From contig NW_002060947.1 in the NCBI RefSeq assembly GCF_000150275.1, positions 914,695 through 978,694 on the forward strand: a DNA stretch of 64,000 nt, given 5' to 3'. Position numbers and translations under genes: made by a program. The notes beneath the pieces are model-generated. The model saw only the letters and a program-made list of their open reading frames with translations, was not told the origin of the DNA and searched no databases. This DNA is from Trichoplax adhaerens. Lineage: Eukaryota; Animalia; Placozoa. The number at the start of each line of letters is the position of its first letter. Position 1 is the stretch's first letter. This document shows, in pieces, positions 35,897-49,517 of the stretch.

Positions 35897-37423
35897 ATGC
35901 ACTTACAACAGAATATATTGAGTATTTTATGGCTACCCCAGTCATTTACACTTTTAATTGGGGTAGGAGTTGTCATGATTTTGATTTGTTTCATTTATAA
36001 AGTTGGAATTGTCCCTCGTCGAAAGCTGAAAAGAATTGGATTACCTTATCCCGCGCCAACATTCTTAAAAGGTAACTTGTTCGATTATGGTGCTGATCAA
36101 CAGCACATTGCTCAAATAGAATGGGGCAAAAAATATGGTGATGCCTATGCAGCGTTATTTTTATATATACCTGCAGTTTGGATTGCTAATCCGAATACTT
36201 TAAAAACTATACTAGTTAAAGAATTTAGTAGTTTTAGTAATCGCTATCCATTTACTCAAGCATTATCACCGTTTGATAAAACATTGCCGGAATTAAAAGA
36301 TCACGATTGGAAAAGAGTTCGGACGATTTTAATGACTACTGTAACTGCATCGAAGCTTCGACTTACTATGCCAATAATTAAACATGCAAGTGATGAATTT
36401 ATTCATCGACTGATCACTGCTGATCAAAAGAGTCAAAAATTAGACATATGGACTTTAAGTGGTCAATTTTCTATCCAAGTAATTCTTGGTACCGCATTTG
36501 GAATTGAAGTTGGATCAAAACAGCAAGAAGAGAAGTTAATCAAAGCTGCAAGTGATATTTTTAGAACCGAGAATGTTGGAACTATCCAAATTATTTTGCG
36601 ATTTCTAGTATTTGCTAATCCGATAATATTTGCTCCAATTGAGCGATTGTTAGGTGGAAATTTTTGTAGCTCTGTACGGCATATTGTTGAAATAACTAAA
36701 GCTGTTATTAAAGAACGCCGGAATAATCTCGCTCATGATCGACCATGCCGTAAGGATGTCTTACAATATATGATTGAGGCAGATGGCAGTAACCAACTTT
36801 CAGACGATGAAATGATCAGTCAAGCATTTGTCTTTCTTGTCGCCGGTTATGAGACAACTCAAAACGCTTTAACATTCGCTTGCTACTCATTAGCGACCAA
36901 TCCTGATATCCAACGAAAACTAATTGACGAAATTGATAGCAAATTTCCTATCAGTGATTCTCTAGACTACAATATTGTATCAGAAATGCCCTATTTGGAT
37001 ATGGTAATAGCAGAAACGCTGCGATTATATCCTCCGGCGATTACTACTAACCGTGAAGTGAGTCAATCCATGATAATTGATGGGATACATATACCCAAGG
37101 ATGTTATCTTGGCTATTCCTATCTATTCTATTCATCGGGATCCAAAATATTGGCATGATCCAGAACAATTTATTCCCGAACGTTTTACTCCAGAAGCAAA
37201 AGCAAGTCGTAATCCTTATGCCTATCTACCATTTGGTATTGGACCCCGCAATTGTGTTGGCATGAGATTGGCTTTACTGGAGCTAAAAGTAGCCTTAGTC
37301 AAGACGTTGCAAAATATTGAATTTTTTGCAAACAAAGAAACTGAAGTTCCTTTGAAATTAAAATCTTTGTCCACCTTATCACCGGTAAATCCACTATACT
37401 TGGGGATTCGCAAAAGATTCTGA
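35897..37423 (+). CDS. Cytochrome P450 (CYP3-clan-like), member 5 (start 35897 by paralogue length; in-frame upstream ATG at 35852)
   Basis: WKRVR, AGYETT, ETLR, PERF, FGIGPRNCVG. Confidence 0.95.
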   Translation: MHLQQNILSILWLPQSFTLLIGVGVVMILICFIYKVGIVPRRKLKRIGLPYPAPTFLKGNLFDYGADQQHIAQIEWGKKYGDAYAALFLYIPAVWIANPNTLKTILVKEFSSFSNRYPFTQALSPFDKTLPELKDHDWKRVRTILMTTVTASKLRLTMPIIKHASDEFIHRLITADQKSQKLDIWTLSGQFSIQVILGTAFGIEVGSKQQEEKLIKAASDIFRTENVGTIQIILRFLVFANPIIFAPIERLLGGNFCSSVRHIVEITKAVIKERRNNLAHDRPCRKDVLQYMIEADGSNQLSDDEMISQAFVFLVAGYETTQNALTFACYSLATNPDIQRKLIDEIDSKFPISDSLDYNIVSEMPYLDMVIAETLRLYPPAITTNREVSQSMIIDGIHIPKDVILAIPIYSIHRDPKYWHDPEQFIPERFTPEAKASRNPYAYLPFGIGPRNCVGMRLALLELKVALVKTLQNIEFFANKETEVPLKLKSLSTLSPVNPLYLGIRKRF

Positions 37424-40400
37424 CTAGTTTAACTAGTATTTATATTTTATACGGTCATGTTAATTATTGTCTTGCTTGTGACACTGTCTGAGGTTTGCTC
37501 AAGACTGGCTAGACTGGGCTTTTTTTTTATCTTTGATAGCTCATTAGTAGGACTATCACTTAAAAAATTTAATTTTTTGCATAATGATGTTATACTGTTC
37601 AATAAATTAACTCTAGTATTTATGAAGAGGTTATGTCGTGCGATTTCAATATTTTTATTTTTAATTAAGCTCTCTTTCATCATAGAAGCTAGATAATCAA
37701 ACTGATATAATGCGATATATTCTCTGTCAATGTAATATGCATATATAAAGAGATATTAAATAGTTTCTAATCAAATGATATGTATTCTCTATTGATAGTA
37801 AATTAAGTGTATGCGTACGGTGGTACAAAAAAATCGGTATATTATGTAAAAATTAAAATTGAATTACTACAATTCATTTAAATTTCTAATAGAGAGTCTA
37901 GCTCGTCTAAAAAGCAATTTATGTTTGAAGACAGACATTTTCCGTTAGCTATTTGCATGATCTGTTCCGTTGAACATGATTTGGCAGCAAATCCGTTAAA
38001 TCAAATCAAATTATGATTGCATGCCATTGCAAACTAAATTAAAATTATTCTCGAATGTATGCCTATTGTAAATCAAAGCTATGATAAAGAAATTTTATTC
38101 GTAGCTCGTCTATGCATAACATGGATGGTCTATTGCCTTCAATTTTATGGTTGGTATTATTTAAGCTTCTTGTACTTTCTTAGAATCATGGTAATAATTA
38201 TTGCATTATACCATACGGTTTGCTGTACATGCGAAGCTGCAGTAAAGCCATCTTACTCACAGCTCATCTTTGTATAAAGTCATCACATTATTTACTACTA
38301 CTACAGTATAATTATGCACTATGTCAAATATCTAATATGATTATTGTTGTTTTGAATTGATTTTCGAGAGCGGTACAATAAACTCAGTCGCTGATATCCG
38401 ACGTAGTAACGATAAATTTGTTCCTTGCCGTAATTTAGTACTCCAATAAGATTACATACAATACAAAATATGAACATGTTCTATCCTACAGTTACGGTGT
38501 TTCGATTTATTTCACATAGAATTTTAGCTAACATATACGAGAAAACAGGAACCATTAGTAAAGTTATTCTTATTAGTTTTGGGAATTATTTTGATCAAAA
38601 CTGTGATGCCTTCAAAGATATATATTCATATCATGCAATAAGTGCTAATCATAAAATAAGTTACCGTATTTTACTGTACTAACCATGGATTTTAAGGTGA
38701 AGGGATAAGTAAGGGAATTATTAAAATAAATAACAACTAAATTATTATGTCTGTACAAAACACACTATTAGGATATTTTAAGGAACACAAGCGCAGAAAT
38801 GCTTGGTATTGATAGTGCAGCGTATACTATTGTGTAATTTAAATCACTTGTGAAATCATTTGTACAATTAAATTGTTTCTTTTCGTTGATGAGTTTATAT
38901 AATTGGTCCATTGCGTTGCCAAGGTTGCTTTTGGCGATAGAGATGCCAGAACTTCATGGTTGGAATTAGCTTGTGATTGCAATGTTTGTAAGCTAGCTAT
39001 CAATTATATAATATAATTTTGGAGTTAAGATTGATATTCATTTATGATAGCTACTAGATGGCAGTTCTATTACTTAGTTTACTTACCAAGTCTACGAAAA
39101 ACTGAGCATTATTTCCATTTTCTGATGGGAAGCTTGTAAATTTTCTAAAATGTACAAAATTTGAATCAGTCAGCATTTGCATTAGTCAATAGATAAACCA
39201 ACCGATACGGTGAAGTAAATACGTTAAGGCTACCAAACATTTTGATATACACGTGTTGTTACTTTGGCAAGCCTTAGCTAGTTCATTGATTATATTACTA
39301 TTGCGGTTATTAATACAGCCCTTATCCCTAGCGATGAGTAATTTTAATGCGATTGTATAAAACACTAAAACTATAATCACGTTAGGCGTGTTTGAATAAC
39401 GCTTTCGTATTGTTAATAAATGGCTATTACTTACTTCGAATCCTGCCAGATATTACCGTACGTATTTTCAGTAATAGAAATTATAATTCTGATGAAATAT
39501 TATAATAAAGTTAAGTATTAAACTAAAATCTTGATATTGCCATAACTATTCTGCTAAATTCTAAAATATGTAGATATTTCTGCTTAGACTACAGCCGTTC
39601 GAATCCTGATGAAATTTAAAATACAATTACGTTGCCAAATTATAAGTTATACACGAAAGTAACTTTTCAGTAAACTATTGAAAAGTTATAAATTGGTGAT
39701 ATTTATATGCTTCAGCAGCACTAACACGGACTATTATTATCCAACAAGTGATCTAGTAACTAAATAAAATCTCTAAAATACTTTTAATTTGTTAAATCTG
39801 ATTTAAATTTGATATGCTATAATATGCATATGTTGATCTTATATGGACATGACAACAAGACCAATGATCGCATCTACCGTAATTTAAAGTTGACTTGTAA
39901 TAAACTGTCTTCCAGCTAATCCTCTGAAACTTTCTTTTACCTTTTCGTTCACTTCTAGAGTTTCTCCTGACGCTTAGGCTAGAATAGATTTAATTTGATT
40001 AATTTTAATAGTTGTTTAAATACACTTGCTTTTCGAAAAGCTTCGAAACATAGCTTGGGAGTACTGTACGAATAATTGATTATTTAATTTGACAAGGATT
40101 CATCCGTCCATCTAGCTACAACTATACCATATACGATATTATGTAATATAATACGTATCAATTATTTTTAATAGCAAGAAAATAAGCAATGCTCTATTTC
40201 TTGATCTACCGCGGTAAAGTAAAGTGAGTCTCTTCTCTAAAACAAGATCAAAATTAATCATATATCTCAGATTTGGTTGAGAGAAATTATTATCTGCTTA
40301 AGTTTTGAAGTAATTTTATGTAAATATTGGGAAGAATAATAGGTTTATTTAATTTTGGTTATCATAAGTTGATCCTTCTATTGATTATTCTGAAAAGGCA

Positions 40401-41107
40401 CGTAGAAGAAATGCTCTTAATTCATCTGGGTGAGAGGTCGATGGCATTATGATATAATTTCCTGCGGGTAAATTATAACGTAATGTTACTTCTCTCATGT
40501 TATGCCTTCCCCACTTGTTCCATCTAAAAAAATAAAAGCTTAACATAGGGCAGGATGCTTGTCATAATGGATACATGTTGCTAAGTAGAGCGATAGAATA
40601 AATACGATAAAATCAATTGAATGCAGACTTTATAGATGTGATATCTAACAAGTTTTGTGATATCGCAATAAGTAAATAAGAATATATCCCGATGTTTTCA
40701 AGAATCTTACTAGCTGATGTAATATTACCTAAAACTTCCCTTTCAGCTTTTAAATACATACATACAATACTTGTTTAGTTATCGTAATTAATAAGACCAA
40801 TTGAATCATAATTTATTGTATGCTATTTGTTTCCTTGGGTACGCTATTGTCTGAATCTGTATATCTAGGATGTGGGCCTGGCATTACAGTGTTATTATAT
40901 ACTGTAGGCTAGTTGGAATCGGAACAGATTAGATGATCGCATCAAACGTAATCTCGAAGCAGTATGTGGTATCAACTTGAGTAAAAGCGGCGGAAAATAG
41001 AAATATCGGCATAAGCGAAGATTGAAGGTTTCTAATAAAAGTTTGTGATTACTTTGGTTGTAAAATACTTGATTATCACCAAGACACCATTGATTAGTAG
41101 AAAAATA

Positions 41108-42625
41108 ATGATTCTAGATTCGATTTTTGCCTGGTTACCACAATCATGGATGTGGTACATACTAGCTGTGTTTGCTATTGCTGTGTTAAACATGCTTTAC
41201 AAGATTGTCGTTGCACCTCGTCTGAAGTTAAGAAAATTAGGATTACCGTATCCTCCACCATCTCCGGTGATAGGAAATCTAAACGATTTTGGACCTAATA
41301 GTACACATATTGCCCAAATAGAGTGGCAGAAAAAATATGGCGATATCTATGCTGTGCAATTCTTCCATGTTCCTTCCATTTGGATTTCTAAGCCTGATAT
41401 CTTGAGACAAATCATGGTTAAAGATTTTAGTAATTTTCCCAATCATTTTTCATTTAATCAGTCGCTGCCTCCTTTTGATAAAACTGTAGCTGAACTACGA
41501 GATCATGATTGGAAACGTGTCAGAAATATCTTAGTGCCTACATTTACAACCTCTAAGCTACGCGTTGTTGTACCATTAATTAAACAAGCAACAAGTGAGT
41601 TTATTCAACGATTAATTGAAGCTGATACCAAAGGTGAAAAATTAGATATGTGGAGCTCATGTGGACAACTATCGATGAAAGTAATTCTAGGTACAGCGTT
41701 TGGTGTCGAGATTGAATCAAAGGAACAAGAAGAGAAACTGACTAAAGCAGCCGGAGTCTTTTTTAGGACTGATGATATGAGTAAACTACAAACCCTTTTA
41801 CAGTTTTTAGTATTCACGATGCCGAATGTTTTTAAGCATATAGAACCTCTCCTAGGGGGTCGATTCTCAAATGCTGTGAACTATATCGTTGATATAACGA
41901 AAAATGTTATCCGAGAGCGACGAGATAATCTTGCTGCTGGTAAACCTTGTCGTAAAGATATGATGCAACACATGATCGAAGCTGGCGGTCAGGATAAGCT
42001 TTCAGATGATGAAATTGTAAGTCAGGCAGTTATATTTCTTTTAGCCGGTTACGAGACTACACAGAATGCTCTATCCTTTACAATCTATGCACTAGCAACG
42101 AATCCTGAAGCACAGCAAAAATTAATCGATGAAATAGATAGTCATTGTCTTGACGGCGATTCTATCAACTATGATATAATATCGTCCATGTCTTATTTGG
42201 ACATGGTTATTTCGGAGACTTTAAGGCTCTATCCTCCAGCTACTATTACTAATCGCGACGTTAAGAAATCTACAACAATAGACGGAATATTTTTCCCCGA
42301 TGATATCATGGTAGGCATTCCAATCTATGCTATTCATCACGATGCTCGATTGTGGCCAGAGCCTGAACGATTTAAACCTGAACGTTTTACACCAGAGGCA
42401 AAAGCAAATCAACATCCATTTGCTTATTTACCGTTCGGCAATGGACCACGAAACTGTATCGGTATGAGATTGGCCTTATTAGAAGTAAAGCTAGCTTTAA
42501 TCAAGATATTGCAAAACGTGGAATTTGTAGCTATAAAGGAAACGGAAGTACCTTTAAAATTACGATCTATCAATACTTTAGCTCCTACTAACCCGATATA
42601 TTTGGGCATTCGAAAACGATTTTAA
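41108..42625 (+). CDS. Cytochrome P450 (CYP3-clan-like), member 6, 505 aa
   Basis: First ATG at 41108. WKRVR, AGYETT, ETLR, PERF, FGNGPRNCIG. Confidence 0.95.
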   Translation: MILDSIFAWLPQSWMWYILAVFAIAVLNMLYKIVVAPRLKLRKLGLPYPPPSPVIGNLNDFGPNSTHIAQIEWQKKYGDIYAVQFFHVPSIWISKPDILRQIMVKDFSNFPNHFSFNQSLPPFDKTVAELRDHDWKRVRNILVPTFTTSKLRVVVPLIKQATSEFIQRLIEADTKGEKLDMWSSCGQLSMKVILGTAFGVEIESKEQEEKLTKAAGVFFRTDDMSKLQTLLQFLVFTMPNVFKHIEPLLGGRFSNAVNYIVDITKNVIRERRDNLAAGKPCRKDMMQHMIEAGGQDKLSDDEIVSQAVIFLLAGYETTQNALSFTIYALATNPEAQQKLIDEIDSHCLDGDSINYDIISSMSYLDMVISETLRLYPPATITNRDVKKSTTIDGIFFPDDIMVGIPIYAIHHDARLWPEPERFKPERFTPEAKANQHPFAYLPFGNGPRNCIGMRLALLEVKLALIKILQNVEFVAIKETEVPLKLRSINTLAPTNPIYLGIRKRF

Positions 42626-43499
42626 ATCATAAACTTTTATTACTGGCTAAAATAATCGAGCTAAAGGTTAGATGTAGCATTGGATAGTTTCATCCACCTT
42701 AGGATCCAATGGAGACATGCAGTAGCGCAGTTTACCAGTAAGATAGTTTTTACAGTATAAAAATTCAGTTACGGTACTTGTTGCTCGATAGAGCCCTCTG
42801 TTCGATTTTTACTATAGAGATCAAGGACATATTATACTAATGACGTTTATAAAGAAATAATCTTAAGGATAACGTCTTTGTCGCCTTGATTGTTCTTATT
42901 GAGTTTAACTAATGTGTTTAATTGAAGATAATCTCTGATTAGGAAATTAAAGGTTCATCTATAAATCTTTATCTTTACAGAGCTTCATAAGCGGCTTTTC
43001 TATTTAATCTCTTACAAAGACGTTAAATAATAATTTTTAATTCTATCATCGTCTAAAGATACGTATCTTAAAGTTTCATAAATTCAACTAAATTTCATTT
43101 GCTGTAGTACCTAAGATCACAGAGCGCTGTGCCCAATTGTAAAAATAAATCTATTGCTGAAATTTTATAAGTCTAGGCTAATTAGTATACATTCTATAAT
43201 GGTTCCTTCAGTTGTATTAAATATCGTTTTATTCGTGATCAAGTGAGGAGGACATTATAATAATGCAGTATGTGACTTCTTCAATTCGGTAGAACAGATC
43301 ATTAATTCATCTAGTTTGGATGCACTGTCGATCAATCCTTAAGGGTCTGTATTTAGCAAGTATTTGCAACTCAGAACTGTTTCTACAATGTGTATGACAT
43401 GGATGCAGCCCGAAATGCGATTTTTCAGCTTTCAGTGCATAGAATGAATATATTCACTTATTAAAGAAATGTCTACTACCGTATACTGTATTCTATCTG

Positions 43500-43860
43500 T
43501 GTACTTGAGTACGCCATGATCTGAATTTACCTATCCAGAGCGTGAAGACAACATTGTATTGTGCTTGTATAGAGCAGTTATGATCTGGAAAATTAGATGT
43601 TCATATCAGACATGATCCCTATCTGATATACTGTACAGCATCAACTCGAGTGCAAGCGGTAAAAAAACAAAATATCGGAATAACCGTAGATTGAAGGTTT
43701 TCAATCTTTCATAATTAGATTACCAATAATTTGAATCAAAGTTATTGATATTTTTCACTACGTTATCCATACTTTAATTGTTCCTATTAATCAGTGAATG
43801 TTACTGTAGCTGTGATCCATAGTCACTGGTTATAAGATTTTGTGGGTACATCTTAAAGCC
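43500..43860 (+). pseudogene. Remnant of a further P450 duplication unit (upstream region, possibly with a decayed 5' CDS)
   Basis: 43503-43704 aligns with 40833-41036 upstream of member 6, e.g. ATCAACT.GAGT..AAGCGG..AAAA...AAATATCGG.ATAA.CG.AGATTGAAGGTTT. No ORF follows. Confidence 0.55.
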
Positions 43861-44539
43861 TTTACCTGTTAAAGTCAATAGTTTATTGCTGTACTTCGAT
43901 TTAATCTATTGCTAAGAAAATGAATGAAAATTTTCAATTCTATCATTATTTATCGATGTGTTATAATTTAATAAATTTGACGTAATTTCATTTGCGGTGG
44001 TAATATTGCGAGATCCAAGTACAACTCTCGGATCGCAAATCATAGTCTATTAGTAAAACTACGGTATAAATCATCGTTGATTTATATATGTTATTGATCG
44101 ATTTCTTTAGATATTTTTGATATTATTTCATTTTTATGTAATAATATATGATTTATTAAATTCCGTACACTTTACACTCCATTCGGTTGTAGATCGCATT
44201 ATCGACCAATTTTTAGGTGTCTATATTTAATCAATACTTGAAAATAATCTTTAAAAAAGGGATTGTAGAATATACATTTTACCGTGTATCACGGAGAGCA
44301 CAGTGAATAAAAATTCTGGTATAAGGGCTTTTATAAACTGAATAGGTAAATGCTACCTGAACAGTTATGGTAATTGGATAGCTGTAACCTTAAAATTGGA
44401 GAAATCATGTTGTGATAAATTATCTAAAATAGTTGTGTAAGAGCTTCAGTTTCTAGTAAGGCTTCACTTTATTTCATATATCTGTTCGTCTTCTAAATTA
44501 CCTTGGAATAACTATCAAATGTCTAATTTTCTACGATGC

Positions 44540-45380
44540 AATCTACGATTAAAACAATTCTAGTCGCAATTGCTTACAGGCAGTGTTAATTAATTGTCCG
44601 TACAGCTTTGTTACGTTGGCAGACTTTTACCAGCCCATATCCAATGGCTTGTCATTGCTTTATTCTATTTTATAGTGTGTGAAATGAGAGTAGCAAAATT
44701 TTGTATCCATGTTTATGTACATACATAAAATGATGAATCACGGGATATCCATTACCAATCTGCATCTTTATGGCATTTACCTCTTGAATGCTGATTACCA
44801 TAATCTTACAATATACTAATTGTAGCATATTGCATAGTAGGTGCGTAATTCAAAAATTGCCAAGGAATATCTATCATCTATCTAACTTGCTACAGTAGAA
44901 TCTACGATTACAATAATTCTTGTTATAACTGCTTTACTGGCTGTATAAATTAATTGTCCGCATGAATTTGTTACACTAGCAGACTTTTACCAGTCTACAT
45001 CGAATAGTTCCCCATTGCTTTAATCTGTCTTACAGTATGTGAATTTATAGTAGTAATATTTTGTATCGTTCTAATTATTCTAATTAAGACAATTCTTGTT
45101 CATACTGCTTAAAGGGAGAATAAATTAATTGTTTGCACAACTTTGCTACTCTAGCAGACTTTTACTAATCCATATCTAATAGCTCGTCATTACTCTAATC
45201 TATCTTACAGTATGTGAATCTATAGTAGCAAGATTTTATATCGTTCTTTCTACACATGCATAAAATGATGCAAAATTGCAAGGAAGCATGTAATAACTAG
45301 TTAATTCATCATCATGGCATCATGATGGCATTTACCTTATGAATGCTAATTACCATAATCTGACTGTATACTTAAGAGTA
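44540..45380. repeat. Diverged tandem repeat, ~3 copies of a ~180-bp core
   Basis: AATTAATTGT.CG.A...CTTTG.TAC..T.GCAGACTTTTAC.A..C.ATATC.AAT at ~44590, ~44950 and ~45125. Confidence 0.8.
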
Positions 45381-45924
45381 GTAGCATAGTCAGTACATCA
45401 ATCAAGTCCAGTACTAATTTATTATGATAGGTTAGGCTAACGAAATGTTGCAATTCTATTATAATACGTTGTCATTGATCAGTCTGATGAAATACAGTAC
45501 GTTGATTTACATTAGCATTCCTGTATATAAGGCCGTTAGACGTGTAGCCTCTTATACTTGATAATTCTTCGCTTTTAGACTGTAATAATTAATTAGTTAA
45601 TTGATCAGCTACAGTATTTCCGAATACAATATAAACTGTGTTAGTAAAGAATTCAAATAGATTGATTGTAGTGTACAGTACATTAATGTACAGGCAAAGT
45701 TAAAGTTAGTAGGCTCGTGCAACAAATTCTTCTGGTAAAATTGAAGCTAATATCGCAGGTAAAATTTCTGGTCTACTAAGCTATTTTGGGGGGGACTGGA
45801 TTTTACCACTGCTATTTAATAGTCTTACGTAAGTTCTATCATCTTCAAAAGGGATTCTAGGAGGACTTGAAATAACGATACCATAATCCTGTCTAGCATT
45901 TTTTCAACTAGAACTATTGAAATA

Positions 45925-47436
45925 ATGGCTTGGTATGAGACAATTCTACCATCATGGCGGTCGCCATCGACGTTGACACAGTCGATTTTAATATCTATCT
46001 TAGGATTAGTTGCTTATTTCTCGTATAAAATCTATTTTATTCCTAAGCGTTCACTTAAACGCTTGGGAATAAAACATCCGTCTCGTTCTACGCCATTTTT
46101 TGGTAATCTTCTGGACTATGGTGCTACAAGCGCTCATATAGCTCAAATGGAATGGCAAAAGCAATTCGGTAATGTCTACGCAACACTTTTCTTCCATGTT
46201 CCAACGATTTGGGTGGGCGATCCTGAAGTGCTGAAATCTGTTTTAGTCAAAGATTTTAGCAATTTTGCTAATCGTAAGCAATTATCCAAGTCGCCACGTC
46301 CATTTAACACCACATTATTAGAGTTAAGAGACATGAATTGGAAACGTGTTCGCAATATTTTGGTACCGGCATTTAGTGCTTCCAAGTTAAAAGCGGTTAT
46401 TCCTATTATTCAACAAGGGAGCGATGAATTTGTTGAAAAATTACTCCTATCCGAAGAGAGCAATCAAAAATTGGATATCTGGCATACGAGTGGCCAGTTT
46501 AGTATGAAAATTATTCTTGCAGCTGGTTTTGGTATCGAATTTGAATCACATGAACAAGAAGAACGTTTAATAGCTGCTGCTGGAGCATTGTTTCGTGATT
46601 TTACTGGACCATCCCAATTGCTTGTAGTACTTTCTCCAACTTTATTCGATCGTCTCGAACCTTTAATAGGCAATGTTGTCAATTCAATCAAGTATATTAC
46701 TCGTATAACTGAAAATGTTATTCAACAACGTCGACAGAATCTACAAAATGGTATAAAATGTCGGAAAGACATTATGCAACAAATGATTGAAGCAGGCGAA
46801 GATGATAAATTGAACGATGAAGAAATTATTGGACAAGCATTTCTGTTTCTGATTGCTGGCTATGAAACTACGCAGAATACATTAGCTTTTGCTTGTTATT
46901 CACTTGCTACTAATCCCGATGTTCAACAAAAATTGATTGATGAGATCGATAGTAAATGCCCTGATCCAAATGATTTGAATTATGATGTCATTGGCGAATT
47001 GCCTTACTTAGAAATGGTCGTTGAAGAAACATTACGAATGTATCCTCCAACTTATTTTGTCAATCGCGATGTTAAATCTAACATCACCGTTAAAGGTTTC
47101 CACATTCCAAAAGATACTATGATAGGACTTCCGATTTATAGCATACATCACAACTCGGAGTTTTGGCCTAATCATGAACAGTTTATACCTGAACGTTTTA
47201 CTCCTGAAGAGAAAGCGAAAAGAAACCCTTATAGTTATATTCCTTTTGGCGGTGGTCCACGAAATTGTATTGGCATGAGACTAGCATTATTAGAGATCAA
47301 ATTAGCTTTAGTTAAAATAATTCAAAATGTTGAATTTTATGCTACTAAGGAAACGGAAATACCTCTACAATTAAAGACCGGCGTATCATTATGTCCTGCT
47401 AACGGAATTTACTTAGGCATTCGTAGGAGGCATTAG
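45925..47436 (+). CDS. Cytochrome P450 (CYP3-clan-like), member 7, 503 aa
   Basis: WKRVR, AGYETT, ETLR, PERF, FGGGPRNCIG. Confidence 0.96.
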   Translation: MAWYETILPSWRSPSTLTQSILISILGLVAYFSYKIYFIPKRSLKRLGIKHPSRSTPFFGNLLDYGATSAHIAQMEWQKQFGNVYATLFFHVPTIWVGDPEVLKSVLVKDFSNFANRKQLSKSPRPFNTTLLELRDMNWKRVRNILVPAFSASKLKAVIPIIQQGSDEFVEKLLLSEESNQKLDIWHTSGQFSMKIILAAGFGIEFESHEQEERLIAAAGALFRDFTGPSQLLVVLSPTLFDRLEPLIGNVVNSIKYITRITENVIQQRRQNLQNGIKCRKDIMQQMIEAGEDDKLNDEEIIGQAFLFLIAGYETTQNTLAFACYSLATNPDVQQKLIDEIDSKCPDPNDLNYDVIGELPYLEMVVEETLRMYPPTYFVNRDVKSNITVKGFHIPKDTMIGLPIYSIHHNSEFWPNHEQFIPERFTPEEKAKRNPYSYIPFGGGPRNCIGMRLALLEIKLALVKIIQNVEFYATKETEIPLQLKTGVSLCPANGIYLGIRRRH

Positions 47437-49247
47437 AAATAAAACTGCTTTTTAGCTGTGTCCCAGCGATTGCAAGAATATTACGTTTTGCTTTGGCATA
47501 CGAACTTGAAATGGCAGCTTGTTTAAAGTATTATACATTAATTGCTATTATCGATATTCGTTTAGCAGTGATGAAACAGTTAGTGGTTTAAATCGATTAG
47601 GGTAGTTTAGAATTATGTTGCAGCCAACATCATGCAGTGATTAACAAACACATGTCCTAACTTTACTAGGATATTGCTTTATATTATAAATTAATCGTCT
47701 GCAAAGATATTACGTGAGTTGTGTTACGTATGAAAGTAGGCAATATCTTGGCATTAATGCAACATACCAAAGAAGCATATTATCAACTATAGTACACTAT
47801 AAGTAGATGACCAACTAAACGTTCTACTCGTATAGCAGTTACCGGCAATTTCTCATTCTTATCTAATTTTCAATTTAGCAAAACCATTGCGACTAGCTTA
47901 AATTTCCTGAAAGCTATAGGATATCTCAAAATTGCTGAATTTATCATAGATTTTATAATTTGGGCTGGCATCATCAAAATACAAAACATATTACACCATA
48001 ACTCATCGCCGTATTCTGTGTACTTTCGCTAACTTCTATAGGAATTAGTAGATTACTACAATACATGCAGTAATTGTTATATTGGATACAATCATCTATC
48101 TTGTAGGATAAAAGTTTTTATTTCAATCGTTATAATTGTGGTAGTCATTTAAATGCTTACAAGATGAATTCTGCAAAAGATTAGTAAACATTCAGTTAGG
48201 CTTGTTGCCGATTGCTGGGGTTCGATGTCTATCCTGTATTTCTTGTTTATGTAATACTAAATGCTATCATAGGTGATCTCAATGACGTAAATTTTCCATC
48301 TATTTGTAAGTTTTGAGGACAAGATTTGTGATATTATGTTTCTACTGAATACAGCTCCATCTTTTGATAACGGACAACCTAAGAGATTACTGTATATCTA
48401 TCTAGTTATTTCTATGCCTCTATCAAATGTCTATCGCATTGTTGCAAGCCGCTTGATGTACTAAGGTGAAACGTTAGATTCCTAAAACTATTGAGATATC
48501 AAAGCTTAAATTGAATATCGGTAGAAAATTTAGAAAATTTGAATGGTTTTAGAATTAACTATAAAGTTATAAGCCTCTTTCGTTTATTTTATAAAATACC
48601 AAGATATTCATATGTTTGATTTCTTCTATTGGATTCAAAATAAAACATATCAACTGTCTCTTGAAGGATATTGATCTAAATCGATGATAAAACTTTCTGG
48701 CACCAATATTGGCAATGTTTGATTTACTATCATTATTCTTATTTCGCATTTACCATGTTTTTAAAATCTGGTAGGACCTTTTAATTTCATTTTAACTCTG
48801 CTACTAGGCTTTGCTGATCTTGATTGCTACAATAAACAGTTGCACTGCATATTATTTATATGAAGTTCGTCTAGCAAATAGCAGAAAATAGTAAGCACTA
48901 CCCAGGCAGCTATACATGCACATAAAGTTACGCATTTCGCTGATAATTCTAAGTTTAATAGTTTAGTAACTACTATTGGAGAATCTGTAGTTCTACAACG
49001 GAATAGAATCAAGCTGCAATTTATGCTAATAACTACTAGTAAGAGAAATGAAGTAGTAATTTTAAAAGTGCAATTCAATATTCAAACTCATTAGGTACAT
49101 TAAATGGATAGTAATAGTATTCGATATAAGCTACTAAACCATATTAACAATGTTTATCATTCATGCTTTCTAACATTATTTACGGCAGCCACTATCAATG
49201 TAATGTAGCGCAAATATTTTTACTTCTAATGCCAAAGGTAAATGCAA

Positions 49248-49517
49248 AGACTACTACTATAATACTGACTTTGTTAAGTTAGAAAGCATGAAATATGTCA
49301 TCATTAATAAACAATTTATGTTACAGCGCTACTACTACTACAGCGACTACTACCGTACTGTAATGCTAATATTCTTAAGTTAGAAAGCATGTAACATGAT
49401 ATCATTCAAGGTTTATGTTACAGCGCTACTACTATAGCGACTACTATTGTAATGATAATCTTCTTAACTTAGAAAATATGAAATATTACATCATTAATAA
49501 TTAATTATGTTACAGTG
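49248..49517. repeat. Tandem repeat, 3 units of ~90-100 bp upstream of P450 member 8
   Basis: GACTACTA...TTAAGTTAGAAAGCATG.AA.ATG..ATCATT...TTATGTTACAG repeated three times. Confidence 0.85.

Noticed and set aside
35290-39612. TTCGAA T-loop/B-box-like motifs at ~35298, ~39436 and ~39598 as tRNAs
   Set aside because: No cloverleaf or properly spaced A-box could be built.
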